DNA from: a bacterium
Lineage (GTDB): Bacteria; Elusimicrobiota; Elusimicrobia; UBA1565; UBA9628
Direction of reading: 5' to 3'
NCBI GenBank assembly: GCA_021810245.1
Contig: JAJZJF010000004.1
Coordinates: 1-62,588, forward strand
Length of the DNA: 62,588 nucleotides
Positions 51,701-62,113 of this stretch are shown here, piece after piece. The translations under genes and the position numbers were made by a program. Below the pieces are notes generated by a model. The model worked only from the letters and a program-made list of their open reading frames with translations. It was not told the origin of the DNA and did not search any database. Within the stretch, counting starts at the first letter, position 1. Every line of letters begins with the position of its first letter.

Positions 51701-52372
51701 TTATTTTGCCCTTGGAATATAGGGAGTAAAACGAGAGATAAACCAGATGATAAATTTCTTCCGCTTTGGATTTTCGCTTGCTGGAATGATAAAGAAATCC
51801 CGGTTTTTATCCAGGGTTCCGTCTTCGGTGACGATGAGGTCCCGGATTTCTCCGCGTGAGTCCGTGTCTAGATTAGAGTAGAAATTAAAAGCCTCGTGGG
51901 GATCTTGACTAAAAAGGCCCTCAAGAGTTTTCTTGAGGACTCTGGGGCTGGGCAATTCTCCAGGGCGCAATCTCTTCGGATTTTTTATCTTGGGAATTGG
52001 ATGGTAGGGCTTAATGAGAGAATTAGCTAAAAGCGCCCCTCTAAATTTAGTTTGGGTAAACTCGATGACGGGCCAGCTGCAGAGGGGGAAACAATAGACG
52101 GTTTTTTCAATTTGGGCTTGGGCGATAGATTCCGCGTTTACGTTGTGTTTTTCTTCCGCGTTCTTAAGAGCCGCCGAAGCGGTAGCGTTTCCGATAGGCT
52201 TAAACCACAAAAAATCCCACGCGGAAGATTCTCCGCTAATTAATGATTCTGGAGCGTCATAAGAAGCGCCCAGCCTTGGGCTTGGCAGGGAATAGGGTTG
52301 ATGATAGACGCATCCGCCAACTAAGAGAAGAGAAAAATTGAGGAGAATATATTGGGAGAGAGGAAATCTCAC
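51701..52372 (-). CDS. hypothetical lipoprotein
   Basis: Lipobox LLLVGGC near the N-terminus. No recognisable domain. Confidence 0.55.
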   Translation of the reverse strand: MRFPLSQYILLNFSLLLVGGCVYHQPYSLPSPRLGASYDAPESLISGESSAWDFLWFKPIGNATASAALKNAEEKHNVNAESIAQAQIEKTVYCFPLCSWPVIEFTQTKFRGALLANSLIKPYHPIPKIKNPKRLRPGELPSPRVLKKTLEGLFSQDPHEAFNFYSNLDTDSRGEIRDLIVTEDGTLDKNRDFFIIPASENPKRKKFIIWFISRFTPYIPRAK

Positions 52373-55008
52373 AGGAGAGAAATTAAGGCGCTTGTCACTT
52401 TCTCCCAGTCTTTTTCGGCGACTCCGCCTTGGGCGAAATCAGGCCGCCCGCCAGCGGATCCAGATAAGCGAGAGGCGAGGTTTTTGGCTATTTTGGATGC
52501 GTCAAAGCCGCGGGCGATCATGTCCGCGTTTAAAGACAAGACAAAAGAAATCTTTTCGTTAGAAGGACAGGCGACAAAGATAATGCCGGCGCTTGCACGG
52601 GCCTTGGCCATGTCGGCGATTTCGCGCAACATCTTTGGCTGCGCTCCGTCTAGTTTCTGAATGTGAACGGAGGCTCCTTTGACGGCCATGAGTTTGACTC
52701 CGGCGTCGGAATCTAGAGCCAGTTTTTTTGTTTTCAAATTATTTAAAATCAACAAAAGTTCCTTTTCTTGAATCCGCAGCGATTGAATGTCTTGATTGAA
52801 ACCGAAATTTGAGGGCTCTTGTCCGCCCAAGGCTAGAATTTCTTCGAGGATATGTTTCTGGCGAGATTTTAAATCTTCAAGAATTGTTTTTTCCGATTCT
52901 CTTTTTTCTTTTTCCCAGATTGTGGCGGCTATGCCTGCGACTGCCTCGATGCGGCGCACTCCAGAAGCGACGGAGGATTCTTTGATAATCTTAAAAGTCT
53001 TGATTTCAGCGGTATTTGAAACATGCGTTCCACCGCAGAGTTCAAGGCTGAAACGCTCGTGGGGATTTTCCCAGCCTTTAGGGCCGATCAGCAAAAAGCG
53101 GGGTTTGTCCCCGTAGTTTTCGCCCATGAGAGTGAGCGCGCCCAATTTCTCGACTTTATCAATAGAATCTTCTTTGGGGCTGACTGGATCTGACCTCTTA
53201 ATTTCTTCGTTGACGAGAAACTCGATTTTCTCTAGTTGTTCTTTTAAGAGAGCTGATGGATGGGTAAAATCAAAGCGCAGTTTGTCGGGGCCAACATAGG
53301 ACCCGGCCTGTCGCACGTGAGATCCCAAAACCGTCCGAAGCGCGGCATTGAGAAGATGGGTCGCAGTGTGATGGGGGGCGGTCAATTCTCTTTGTTGCCT
53401 GTCAACCCGAGCAATGACCGTGCGGCCCTTTTGAAATGGGCTGATATCATTGGATTCTAAAATATGGATGATGGTCGGTCCTTGTTTTTGGGTGTCTATG
53501 ACTTTCGCCAAGACGTGTCCTTCTTCGCTTAGGATTTCTCCCTGATCTCCCACCTGCCCGCCACCTTCCGGATAAAAAGGAGTTTGATTGAGTACGATGA
53601 AACCGCGATTTCCCCTGGTATCGGCGGCGACGATTTCAGCTTTGGATTCTAACCTTTCATAGCCTAAAAATCGGGTGGGATGTTCAAAATGCGGAATTTC
53701 TATGCGGTTCTCTCCGGAACCCTTCCACGAAGAGCGGGCAATTTCAACTGATTTTTTAAAAGCGCTGTCAAACCCGGCTTCGTCAACTTGAAAGCCTTTT
53801 TCAATGCAGATTTCCTTGGTCAGTTCTAAGGGGAAACCGAAGGTTTCATAGAGCCGAAACGCCTCTTGCCCATTGAGAGTTTTCCCGCTCTGTTTGGATA
53901 AGATGTGCGTTAATTCCGCTTCTCCGACAGATAAGGTCTCCAAGAATTTTTCTTCTTCTGACTTAAGAGTCGTTTCTATCAAATCTCGAGCTCTCTCTAT
54001 TTCAGGATAGACCTCCTTGAAAATTTCCAGACATGCTGGGATGAGTTTGTAGAGAAAGGGCTCTTGAGAGCCCAGCATCTTTCCGTAGCGCGAGGCCCGG
54101 CGAATCAGGCGCCTTAAAACGTATCCGCGCTCGATGTTAGAAGGAACAATTCCTTCGCTCAGCAAAAAGACCGAGCCTCGCAAATGGTCGGCGATGACGC
54201 GAAAGGAAATTTCTGTCTGGCTTGACTGGCGAAAATCGCGGTTAAATAAAGAAGAGGCTTTTTCGATGATGGGCAAAAACAAATCGGTGTCAAAAGGCGA
54301 GGGTTTTCCGCTGGAAGAAAAAACTAAGCGCTCAAGTCCCATTCCGGTGTCGATGTTCTTGCGCGGCAAGGGCGCCAGTTTTCCGTCTTCCTGACGGTCA
54401 AACTGGGTAAAGACCAGATTCCAAACTTCTAAATATCTGTCGCAGTCGCATCCAACCGAACAGCTGGGTTTCCCGCAAGAAAATTCCGAGCCGCGGTCAA
54501 AATAAATTTCAGAACAAGGGCCGCAAGGGCCGGTGGGGCCCATGGTCCAAAAATTGGTGTCTTCTCCAAGCCGCGCCGGCAGGTTAGGCACGCCGAGCGA
54601 TTTCCATATTTTTTCGGCCTCGGGATCGTCTTTAAAAACCGTGGGATAAAGGCGGCGCGGGTCAAAGCCCGCTTTTTGAGTCAGAAATTCCCAGGCCCAC
54701 TTAATCGCGTCTTCCTTAAAATAATCGCCGAATGAAAAATTTCCCAGCATTTCAAAGAAGGTCAAATGCCTTACGGTAAGGCCGACATTTCCGATATCGG
54801 TTGTCCGGAAGCACTTCTGGCAGCTGGCCGCGCGCGAGAGGTCTTGGAGTTGCCCCAAAAAATAAGGCTTAAAGGGCACCATCCCGGCCGAGGTAAACAT
54901 CAGCGTCGGGTCGCCGCGGGGAATCAGAGGAGAAGAAGAGGTAACGCGGTGGTTGCGAGCGGAAAAAAACGACAGAAATTCTCGACGAAGAACGGAGCTT
55001 TGGTTCAT
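52369..55008 (-). CDS. alaS: alanine--tRNA ligase
   Basis: 879 aa. Class II core (FTSAGMVPFK, FEMLGNFSFGDYFK), editing-domain HHTATHLL, and C-terminal DHHA1-like region. Confidence 0.95.
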   Translation of the reverse strand: MNQSSVLRREFLSFFSARNHRVTSSSPLIPRGDPTLMFTSAGMVPFKPYFLGQLQDLSRAASCQKCFRTTDIGNVGLTVRHLTFFEMLGNFSFGDYFKEDAIKWAWEFLTQKAGFDPRRLYPTVFKDDPEAEKIWKSLGVPNLPARLGEDTNFWTMGPTGPCGPCSEIYFDRGSEFSCGKPSCSVGCDCDRYLEVWNLVFTQFDRQEDGKLAPLPRKNIDTGMGLERLVFSSSGKPSPFDTDLFLPIIEKASSLFNRDFRQSSQTEISFRVIADHLRGSVFLLSEGIVPSNIERGYVLRRLIRRASRYGKMLGSQEPFLYKLIPACLEIFKEVYPEIERARDLIETTLKSEEEKFLETLSVGEAELTHILSKQSGKTLNGQEAFRLYETFGFPLELTKEICIEKGFQVDEAGFDSAFKKSVEIARSSWKGSGENRIEIPHFEHPTRFLGYERLESKAEIVAADTRGNRGFIVLNQTPFYPEGGGQVGDQGEILSEEGHVLAKVIDTQKQGPTIIHILESNDISPFQKGRTVIARVDRQQRELTAPHHTATHLLNAALRTVLGSHVRQAGSYVGPDKLRFDFTHPSALLKEQLEKIEFLVNEEIKRSDPVSPKEDSIDKVEKLGALTLMGENYGDKPRFLLIGPKGWENPHERFSLELCGGTHVSNTAEIKTFKIIKESSVASGVRRIEAVAGIAATIWEKEKRESEKTILEDLKSRQKHILEEILALGGQEPSNFGFNQDIQSLRIQEKELLLILNNLKTKKLALDSDAGVKLMAVKGASVHIQKLDGAQPKMLREIADMAKARASAGIIFVACPSNEKISFVLSLNADMIARGFDASKIAKNLASRLSGSAGGRPDFAQGGVAEKDWEKVTSALISLL

Positions 55009-55026
55009 TGAAATTGCTTAAAGATT

Positions 55027-55111
55027 TGCCGGCGGAGGGAGTCGAACCCACACGGTGCGAGGCACCGAGCGATTTTGAGTCGCTTGCGTCTGCCAGTTCC
55101 GCCACGCCGGC
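55027..55111 (-). tRNA. tRNA-Leu (anticodon CAA)
   Basis: Reverse complement: acceptor GCCGGCG/CGCCGGC, anticodon loop CTCAAAA, long variable arm (CGGTGCCTCGCACCGTG), T-loop TTCGACT. Confidence 0.85.
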
Positions 55112-55151
55112 GTATTTGTCTATTCTACTCATTTATGGGGAAGTAAGGCTA

Positions 55152-56102
55152 TTAGGAACGAGAAAGCGCCTCAAGCAAGGCTTGGGCGGCTTTATAGACA
55201 AAGGAGTATCTTTGGAAATTTGGAATGCTCTTAAGCTCTCTTTTTGCTTTTGATATTTTTCCGCGGCTTAGGGCGGCTTGGGCCAATATCCAATGGGCGA
55301 TGGGATCATCTGGAGAAGTTTTTTGGACATCTCGGGCCGCCAAAATCGCTTGTGAAACTTTTTTGTCTTCTAAAAGCCACAGTCCTTTAAGGCGAGTTGC
55401 CTTAATGCCATATTGGCTGACGATGCTTGGCGAATTAAGTAATGAAATAGCCGCGTCTAATTTTCCTTCACCTCTATCAATAAAGGCGATGTCCATTTCC
55501 GTCTTGGGGTCGGGGTTTAGAGAAAGAGATTTTTTGGCCGCTATTTTTGCTTGTGGAAATTCTCGGAGACGGAAGAGAACTTCTGCGTAGTGACGCCAGA
55601 TATCCGCGTTTTCGGGAACGGATTTGAGCGTCTCTTGATAGCGTTTTGCGCTTCTCTTTAAAAATCCCAGGTTTGAGTCAATTTCGGCAAGGCCCAAATG
55701 AGCTTCGGCATTCTGAGGTTTTGCCAGGAGTATTTTTTTAAATAGCGGTCTGGCATTGGTTTCAAGTCCGGCTCTGTGAAGCAAAAGAGCTAAAGCCAAG
55801 ACCAGGCGTAAATCGTCAGGAAAAAGTTTGACTCCCAACTCATAAAAGCCGAGCGCGCGGCCAAGGTGATCGGTATACTCGTAACTTTGCCCCAAATAGA
55901 AATAGGCTTTCGCGAGATTTTTTCCGTGGTAGTACTGAAATTGGCCAGGGCTTAATCTTTTGATAATTTCGTTGTAGCGTCCCTCCTTGAATAGTTCTTT
56001 TTCTTTAGCTAGCGGATCCTTGTGAGATAGGAAAATATTCCAAGAAGCTTGAAGGGGCAAGGAAGGCAATAAGAGGAGAAGAGTCAGCAGAATTTTTTTC
56101 AT
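55152..56102 (-). CDS. TPR-repeat exported protein
   Basis: Signal MKKILLTLLLLLPSLPLQA (start set at ATG 56102, overlapping the patatin stop). Multiple TPR-like A/Y/L-rich repeats. Confidence 0.7.
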   Translation of the reverse strand: MKKILLTLLLLLPSLPLQASWNIFLSHKDPLAKEKELFKEGRYNEIIKRLSPGQFQYYHGKNLAKAYFYLGQSYEYTDHLGRALGFYELGVKLFPDDLRLVLALALLLHRAGLETNARPLFKKILLAKPQNAEAHLGLAEIDSNLGFLKRSAKRYQETLKSVPENADIWRHYAEVLFRLREFPQAKIAAKKSLSLNPDPKTEMDIAFIDRGEGKLDAAISLLNSPSIVSQYGIKATRLKGLWLLEDKKVSQAILAARDVQKTSPDDPIAHWILAQAALSRGKISKAKRELKSIPNFQRYSFVYKAAQALLEALSRS

Positions 56103-57082
56103 CAATAACCCTTGAGGATGGCGGGCATGGAAAAAAGAATATAAGACTCTTCCGCTTTGTGCAAAAGTTGGTTGGCTTGAAGCGCTCCTTGGTCGATCAT
56201 CCAAGGCCTTGGAGTCATATAGAGGGCGGTTCCACCCGTGGATGGCACACTGCCGACGGCAGGCTCTATCAGAAAATTCGCGGTCTTTTTCTGGGCATCT
56301 AAAATCATGGCGCCACGAATGTCGATGACCTGCTGCATACTTGAGATGACATTGTCCGGTCTTGCTTGGGTAAAATCATCTTCAGTGACGCTGGCTAAGA
56401 CCCATTTTGCTCCCAAAAGCCTGGCGGCATCAACCGGAACGTAATCGACAATCGCTCCATCGACAAGATAGCGGTGCCGATATTCAACGGGTTTAAAAAC
56501 CCCCGGAAGATTCATCGAGGCTCTCACAGCCGGGGCTACGCGCCCTTCTCGGAAAATAATGGCCTCTCCTGAATTAATGTCCATCGCAACGCAGGCAAAA
56601 GGTTTTTTGAGCTGTTCAAAGCGTTTGTCTTTTATTTCTTTCTTGATAAATAGCTCTAGCTTTTTCGAGGAAAATAATTTCTGCGCAAAAAGATATTTTA
56701 AAAGGGTCCAAGGGCTGATATTGGAGCCGTTTGAGGCCCCGATTCTAAGAGATAATTTTCTCAACTCATCAGGAGATTTGCCGTCGGCATAAAGAGAACC
56801 GATGATGGCACCCATCGATGTTCCGGCGACGATATCAATTGGGAAGCCGGATTCCTCCAGGACCGATATCACCCCGATGTGGGCGGAAGCTCGAGTTCCT
56901 CCGGCGGAGAGAACTAGTCCAGTAGTGGGCCTTTGGTCCTTGGGTTTTGAGGATAAATCTCGCCATAAGTGATCGCGCAAAACGGCGTTGGCCGATAAAT
57001 CCATTGCCGCTCGGGCCTGGGCCGAGACAAGGAGCGCTAGGGAAATTCCAAGAATTTTCGAGAAGAGGCGGGGCTTTTTCAC
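56102..57082 (-). CDS. patatin-like phospholipase with signal peptide
   Basis: Signal KILGISLALLVSAQARA. Oxyanion motif SAGGTRASAH, nucleophile elbow GTSMG, and catalytic Asp motif VDGAIVD. GTG start overlaps the TolC stop. Confidence 0.85.
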   Translation of the reverse strand: MKKPRLFSKILGISLALLVSAQARAAMDLSANAVLRDHLWRDLSSKPKDQRPTTGLVLSAGGTRASAHIGVISVLEESGFPIDIVAGTSMGAIIGSLYADGKSPDELRKLSLRIGASNGSNISPWTLLKYLFAQKLFSSKKLELFIKKEIKDKRFEQLKKPFACVAMDINSGEAIIFREGRVAPAVRASMNLPGVFKPVEYRHRYLVDGAIVDYVPVDAARLLGAKWVLASVTEDDFTQARPDNVISSMQQVIDIRGAMILDAQKKTANFLIEPAVGSVPSTGGTALYMTPRPWMIDQGALQANQLLHKAEESYILFSMPAILKGY

Positions 57083-58500
57083 TGCGTAATCTCTCGGCCG
57101 ACCGCCCGCTCAAGTTTAGCTTTGGCCAAGAGGTGCTGCGTGACGGCTTTTAAATAGGCCGTTTGAATACCTAAGAGAGAGGAAAGGGCCCTGATTTTAA
57201 GAAGAGTTTTGCCGGGGCTTTGAGAAGCCCGCTCATAAAGACTTCGCATCTTTTTGTATTCGTCGCTAAGAATGGGGTATTGATTTTGCCAGAACATTAA
57301 GTCGGAAAAGGCTTCTCGAACTTCCAGGCGAACCTGATCTTGAAGTTCCGCGCGGCTAATATCTCCTTGCCTTTGTTCCGCCCGTTTCTTTGTCAATTCG
57401 CTCCAGTAGTCGTAGGCAAAGGGCAACTTCATTCCAAGAGTGGCGTCCCAATTGTTTCTATCAACCGGGAAATTTTGCGTCATTAAATCATAATCTCCTG
57501 AAATAAACACCGTCGGAGTTCTGCGCGATTGGGCAAGGTTGACCGAGATGGCGTCCATTTGAGCTTTGTAGGTTTCCGACTGGAGTTCAGGGCGCAATTC
57601 TAGTGACCACAGAACGGCTTTTTCGATGTCTATGGTGACGGGGCGCGTTTGAATTTTGCCTACAATCCGAAAGGGCGTGTCTAGCTCAAGGTTGAGGCTT
57701 TTGAGAAATTGGAGGCGTTCAATTCGGAGTTTGTGAGAGATTTTGGCATACCGTGTTTCGGCTTGGGCCAATTGCGTTTGGGACTCTAAATTTCCCCACA
57801 GATCTAGATTTCCGTTTTGAAGAAGCGCCTTGATCCGGGATAGATAATCTTGGTCCAGCTCTTTCTCTTTTTGCGTTAAAAGCAGATGATAAAAAGAGCG
57901 TTTAACCGCGAGAATGACGTTCATCCGCGCGGCCTTATAACGGCTGTCGGCCTGTTTTTGCGCGGCCTGGGCCAATTTATAAGTGTTGACTCCTCTACCG
58001 CCTTCATAAAGATTCATGTTCATGTAAGCTCCGCCGAACATGATCGTATTTAAAGTGTTCCCAAATCCCGGCGAGTTTTGGGGAAACAAAAGCGCGTTTC
58101 CGGCGGCGGGCAACGAAAACGGATAGAGGGCGTTGTATTTGGTCGCGCTGGCTTGAACTCCGACTTCGGGCAGAAATAAATAGCCCGCCTCTCGAACTCT
58201 TTCGGCCGCGACGATTTTATCTTGTTCAGCTGACAAAACAGTCGCGTCATTGAGGAGGGCTAGTCTCTCCGCATCCTTGAGCGTCAGGGTTCTTTCAATG
58301 ACTCCGCCGCCCGGGTTTGAGTCATCCGTTGAAGTCTCGTCGTTTCCTGAGAACGCCCCGGGTTGGTTTAGAAAAACCGAAGGGCGGGCGGGAGAAGGGG
58401 AGGTTTCATTTTCGGCAGGGAGAGCCCTTGAAATTAAAAGAACTCCGAAAACGAGCAAAAGGATTCTCAACTGGATATGGGGTTTAAGGTGGGCGCGCAT
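57079..58500 (-). CDS. TolC-family outer membrane channel protein
   Basis: 473 aa. Signal peptide and two coiled-coil/beta repeat halves typical of outer membrane efflux proteins. Confidence 0.75.
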   Translation of the reverse strand: MRAHLKPHIQLRILLLVFGVLLISRALPAENETSPSPARPSVFLNQPGAFSGNDETSTDDSNPGGGVIERTLTLKDAERLALLNDATVLSAEQDKIVAAERVREAGYLFLPEVGVQASATKYNALYPFSLPAAGNALLFPQNSPGFGNTLNTIMFGGAYMNMNLYEGGRGVNTYKLAQAAQKQADSRYKAARMNVILAVKRSFYHLLLTQKEKELDQDYLSRIKALLQNGNLDLWGNLESQTQLAQAETRYAKISHKLRIERLQFLKSLNLELDTPFRIVGKIQTRPVTIDIEKAVLWSLELRPELQSETYKAQMDAISVNLAQSRRTPTVFISGDYDLMTQNFPVDRNNWDATLGMKLPFAYDYWSELTKKRAEQRQGDISRAELQDQVRLEVREAFSDLMFWQNQYPILSDEYKKMRSLYERASQSPGKTLLKIRALSSLLGIQTAYLKAVTQHLLAKAKLERAVGREITQ

Positions 58501-59073
58501 TTAAATTTTAAAGGATTGCGTGAGATGCTTTAATTCAATTTTGATTGCGTCCAGTTCTTCTTTGATTTCAAGAGGAGGCTCTAGGTTTTCGATTTTTTTG
58601 CCGAGAGAATCGAGCTTGTCGGACAGTCTTTGCGCGAGATTTCGGTCTTTTTGGATGAGGCTTTGAAGACTGGCCATCATCGCGTTGAATTCTTCCTGAA
58701 GCTCGTGAAGTTCGTCGCCGGTTCTCAACGCCACACGATGGGTCAAATCCCCCGCAGCCGCGATCTGGGCGCTTTTTTCAAAACGGTGAACCGGCCCCGC
58801 GAAACGATGGGAGATGTAAACTCCGGTTAAGATGATTAAAAATAGGTAGAGAAACATCTTGATTCCAAAAATGAGATAGAGGTGCGAAATGGAGGTGACC
58901 AATGCCGGATTTTCCCGCAGAGCCAATTTGGCCACGGTGTAATAGACATCAAAATCGGCTAAAAGCGCCGCTACAAGAGAAGTCAGAAATATCAGGGCGA
59001 CGTATTTAAATTGAAGAGAACGCTTAACGACAATCGTTCGGCGCTGGTATTTAGAGTTGAGTTCTTCGGTCAT
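58501..59073 (-). CDS. membrane protein with HAMP domain and coiled coil, no output domain
   Basis: Two TM helices, then HRFAGPVHRFEKSAQIAAAGDLTHRV ... ELQEEFNAMMASL (HAMP). ATG 59073 overlaps the pfk stop. Confidence 0.7.
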   Translation of the reverse strand: MTEELNSKYQRRTIVVKRSLQFKYVALIFLTSLVAALLADFDVYYTVAKLALRENPALVTSISHLYLIFGIKMFLYLFLIILTGVYISHRFAGPVHRFEKSAQIAAAGDLTHRVALRTGDELHELQEEFNAMMASLQSLIQKDRNLAQRLSDKLDSLGKKIENLEPPLEIKEELDAIKIELKHLTQSFKI

Positions 59074-60131
59074 CGCGAAACAGTCTCTCTTTTCGCGCAT
59101 AGGGTTTGCGCCGCAATAATCCAATCCTTAGAGACTTTTTTAAGAGTCCCGGCGGCTTCTTTAAGCGAGACGTCTATAATTTCAGAACCTCTCATCGCGG
59201 CCATGCGCCCGAATTGTCCCTCGTGGGTCATTTGAGCCGATTTCATTCCCACCCGCGTGGCTAGCATGCGGTCAAACAGGGTGGGCTTTCCGCCGCGCTG
59301 GATATGGCCGATGACGGCGGCCCTGGTCTCAATTCCGGTCTCCTTTTCAATCATTTTAGCCACCGTGTCTCCAGTTCCTTGTTCTTTAAGAAGAGCGTGG
59401 CCGAAATCGTCTTTTTCCGGAACGATATTTCCGTTGGAAGCGGGCTTTGGAAATTTCAAGGCTTCAGAGACAACGACCAGGGCGTGTTTTTTGCGCTGAT
59501 AAGACACTTTAATCTGCTCAAGCATTTCGGTTTCGTCAAAAGGTTTTTCCGGAATCGCGATATAATCGGCGCCCGCGGCCATTCCCGTAAACAAGGCGAC
59601 CCAGCCGGCTTCCCGGCCCATGACCTCAAGGACCATCACCCGGCGGTGGCTTTTTCCGGTGTCGATTAATTTTTCAGCGGCATCAACCGCGATGGTAGTC
59701 GCGGTGTCAAAACCGAAGGTATAATCAGTTGCCGAAAGATCGTTATCCATCGTTTTGGGAACGCCCACGACTTTGACTTGATGCTCGGCATAAAGCCTTT
59801 GGGCGACTCCCAAGGTGTCTTCTCCGCCCATCGCGATGAGAGAATAGAGCCCGAGAGATTTCAGGCTTTCTAAAGCCTTCTCGACTCCTTTTTCTTTTTT
59901 GAAAGGATTGGTTCTTGAAGTGCCAAGAATGGTTCCGCCTTGTCCCACGATGCTTTCGACATCGCCGAGATTTAGTTTTCGGGCGTTTCCCTCGATGAGG
60001 CCTTTCCAGCCTTCTTCGAGTCCCCAGCATTCATATCCCAGATCCAACGCTTGAAGGACCGCTCCTCTGATTGCGGGGTTAAGCCCCGGGCAATCTCCTC
60101 CGCCAGTCAAAATTCCTATCTTTCGCGGCAT
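59070..60131 (-). CDS. pfk: 6-phosphofructokinase (ATP- or PPi-dependent)
   Basis: IGILTGGGDCPGLN, GGEDTLG, PKTMDND, EVMGREAGW motifs. Confidence 0.9.
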   Translation of the reverse strand: MPRKIGILTGGGDCPGLNPAIRGAVLQALDLGYECWGLEEGWKGLIEGNARKLNLGDVESIVGQGGTILGTSRTNPFKKEKGVEKALESLKSLGLYSLIAMGGEDTLGVAQRLYAEHQVKVVGVPKTMDNDLSATDYTFGFDTATTIAVDAAEKLIDTGKSHRRVMVLEVMGREAGWVALFTGMAAGADYIAIPEKPFDETEMLEQIKVSYQRKKHALVVVSEALKFPKPASNGNIVPEKDDFGHALLKEQGTGDTVAKMIEKETGIETRAAVIGHIQRGGKPTLFDRMLATRVGMKSAQMTHEGQFGRMAAMRGSEIIDVSLKEAAGTLKKVSKDWIIAAQTLCAKRETVSR

Positions 60132-61217
60132 TTAATAATCTCCAGAACCCATCAGCCCGGAAGCCTTTGAATTTTTGGACTTTGAGTCCAAATACCATTG
60201 CGCATCAACCGTCGCGGCGAGGTCTTGAGAGGCGATTTTATATCTTTCCATCCAGCCTCGGGCGTTTTTTTCCACAAGGGCGTTTAGCTTTTTCATTCTC
60301 TCAACTCCCACGGATTTAAGAAAAGAATCCTGGTTTTTTGAGTTGTCGAATGATTCGTTGAAGATGGCGCGTCCCGCCATATAACCCGAAGAGCCTGCCT
60401 GCATGGCCATTTCCGCCTGTTTGGCGAAAAGATCGAATTTCTCTCCGGCGGACAAAAGCACCCACGGGCGAATCGCCGTTTCATTGAGACGCTGGAGATT
60501 GTCTTCCATCTGTGAGGCGGAATCTTCTTGGATAAAGCCGGGAAATTCTAGCTTAAGAATATCGGTATAAGGGCCAATCAAGCGCGCGGCTTCCAGGATA
60601 TTTTTGACTTTTCGGGCTTTGTAAGAAGGAGAGGTTTTCTCTTCTCCCTTTCTAGGAAAAGATAATTCTTCAGTCATTAAGAGAATGTCGTTTTTTTCGC
60701 AGGCGAGAGAGACTTCCTTGACGAAATTCATTTGGGCCTTGACGTTTTCTGGGTCTTCGGTGTCGATATAAACCAAAAGCTTCACCGCGTCGCCGCCCAT
60801 TTTCTTTATTTTTTCAACCGACCAGCCCGGCTCATATTCCGATTTCGTTCCGGGATCTTTGGAGGCCTCAAGCCGCACGATGAGGCCGACTTGTTTCGGC
60901 AAAGACATTGAACTGACGGCTTGCCTGGCGGCGTAGTTGACATCTAGAAGAACGGCGGTGGCCCAAGGACTTAAGATTTCGACCATCTTGAGTTTGATGT
61001 CTCGAATCTCGGAATAATCCGGCTCTTGGGGCACGCCCTCCTTGGCATGTAAGGCTTTAAGAGCTTTCCTAAAGGAGTTCGACTGATCTAAGGCCAAGAC
61101 CTTAAATCGGTTCTTTTCATCGGTAATGCGGCGAAGACCCATCAGCTTTCCAGGGCTGAGTTGGGTAAAATGATTGCGGGAATCTTTGTTTTGGGAAGGA
61201 ATTGCCATTGTATTCAT
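60132..61217 (-). CDS. DeoC/LacD-family class I aldolase (tagatose/fructose-bisphosphate aldolase-like)
   Basis: FKVLALDQSNSFRKAL resembles the LacD N-terminal motif. Adjacent to pfk. Confidence 0.6.
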   Translation of the reverse strand: MNTMAIPSQNKDSRNHFTQLSPGKLMGLRRITDEKNRFKVLALDQSNSFRKALKALHAKEGVPQEPDYSEIRDIKLKMVEILSPWATAVLLDVNYAARQAVSSMSLPKQVGLIVRLEASKDPGTKSEYEPGWSVEKIKKMGGDAVKLLVYIDTEDPENVKAQMNFVKEVSLACEKNDILLMTEELSFPRKGEEKTSPSYKARKVKNILEAARLIGPYTDILKLEFPGFIQEDSASQMEDNLQRLNETAIRPWVLLSAGEKFDLFAKQAEMAMQAGSSGYMAGRAIFNESFDNSKNQDSFLKSVGVERMKKLNALVEKNARGWMERYKIASQDLAATVDAQWYLDSKSKNSKASGLMGSGDY

Positions 61218-61279
61218 TAGATTGCCTCCATGCCGCTATTTTACGTTTTTTTATGGATAGTTTTCGATGATTTTAAGTT

Positions 61280-62113
61280 TTAAAAATTTCCGACATAGCG
61301 CAATTGGATGATCCTTTCAGGTCCGCGCGAGGTTCCATCGGAATAATAGCCGTTTTGATTGGCGCGTCTGACCGCCACGTCAAGGTCAAAATGATTAGTG
61401 ATATAGAAACGGAGGCCCGCATTGACCCTGCTGTTGGAAAAATTATGAATATTATCCCATTCCGCCAGGATCGAGACCCTGTTTTCGATGGTATAGGTTA
61501 TGGGCAGAGCTCCGTAAATAGAGCTGGAATTGGTTCCCGAGGCGTTGACCGATGGAGAAAAGACCAGGCCCGGAATGAAAAGCTCTTGAGTTCCCACTAA
61601 GTAAAAGCCGCGAGCGGGGTCATTATATTTATGGGTTATTCTGTTATAGTCATATCCCTGCCCGTCATATCCGACAGCCAAAGCGGGGACGTAATGATTG
61701 CCGTCAAAAAACCGGTATTTGACTTGAGCTTGAGGCGTTCTGACTCCTACCGAAGATGAGTTGCCAATCAGGCCATCGGCGGTCATTGACGCTCCGACAT
61801 TGAGACCGTTGAAAACGCCCAGAGAGATGTATTGAAGAACTCCTCCTCCGGAATAAAATCGCGTTTGGGTCGCGAAAGTTCCTGGGTCGAGAGTGGCCGC
61901 GGTGTTGGCGTCGATGATCATTGTATCCGGCTCGATAAGGCCTGTGGGAGTGGGAATTAAGCCAAGAGCGTCTTGCTGGGCTTGAGACTTTGGCTTTATG
62001 GGGATCATTTGAGGGGAGGCTTGGGCTGTGGGATCGGCAGACGTGTTTGAAGAAGCCTGCGCACGAGTGAGCGGCAAAACCAAGACAAGCGCCAAGAGAA
62101 TCGCCGCGTTCAT
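61280..62113 (-). CDS. hypothetical outer-membrane beta-barrel protein
   Basis: Signal MNAAILLALVLVLPLTRAQA. Alternating aromatic/Gly pattern. C-terminal ...LRYVGNF. Confidence 0.6.
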   Translation of the reverse strand: MNAAILLALVLVLPLTRAQASSNTSADPTAQASPQMIPIKPKSQAQQDALGLIPTPTGLIEPDTMIIDANTAATLDPGTFATQTRFYSGGGVLQYISLGVFNGLNVGASMTADGLIGNSSSVGVRTPQAQVKYRFFDGNHYVPALAVGYDGQGYDYNRITHKYNDPARGFYLVGTQELFIPGLVFSPSVNASGTNSSSIYGALPITYTIENRVSILAEWDNIHNFSNSRVNAGLRFYITNHFDLDVAVRRANQNGYYSDGTSRGPERIIQLRYVGNF

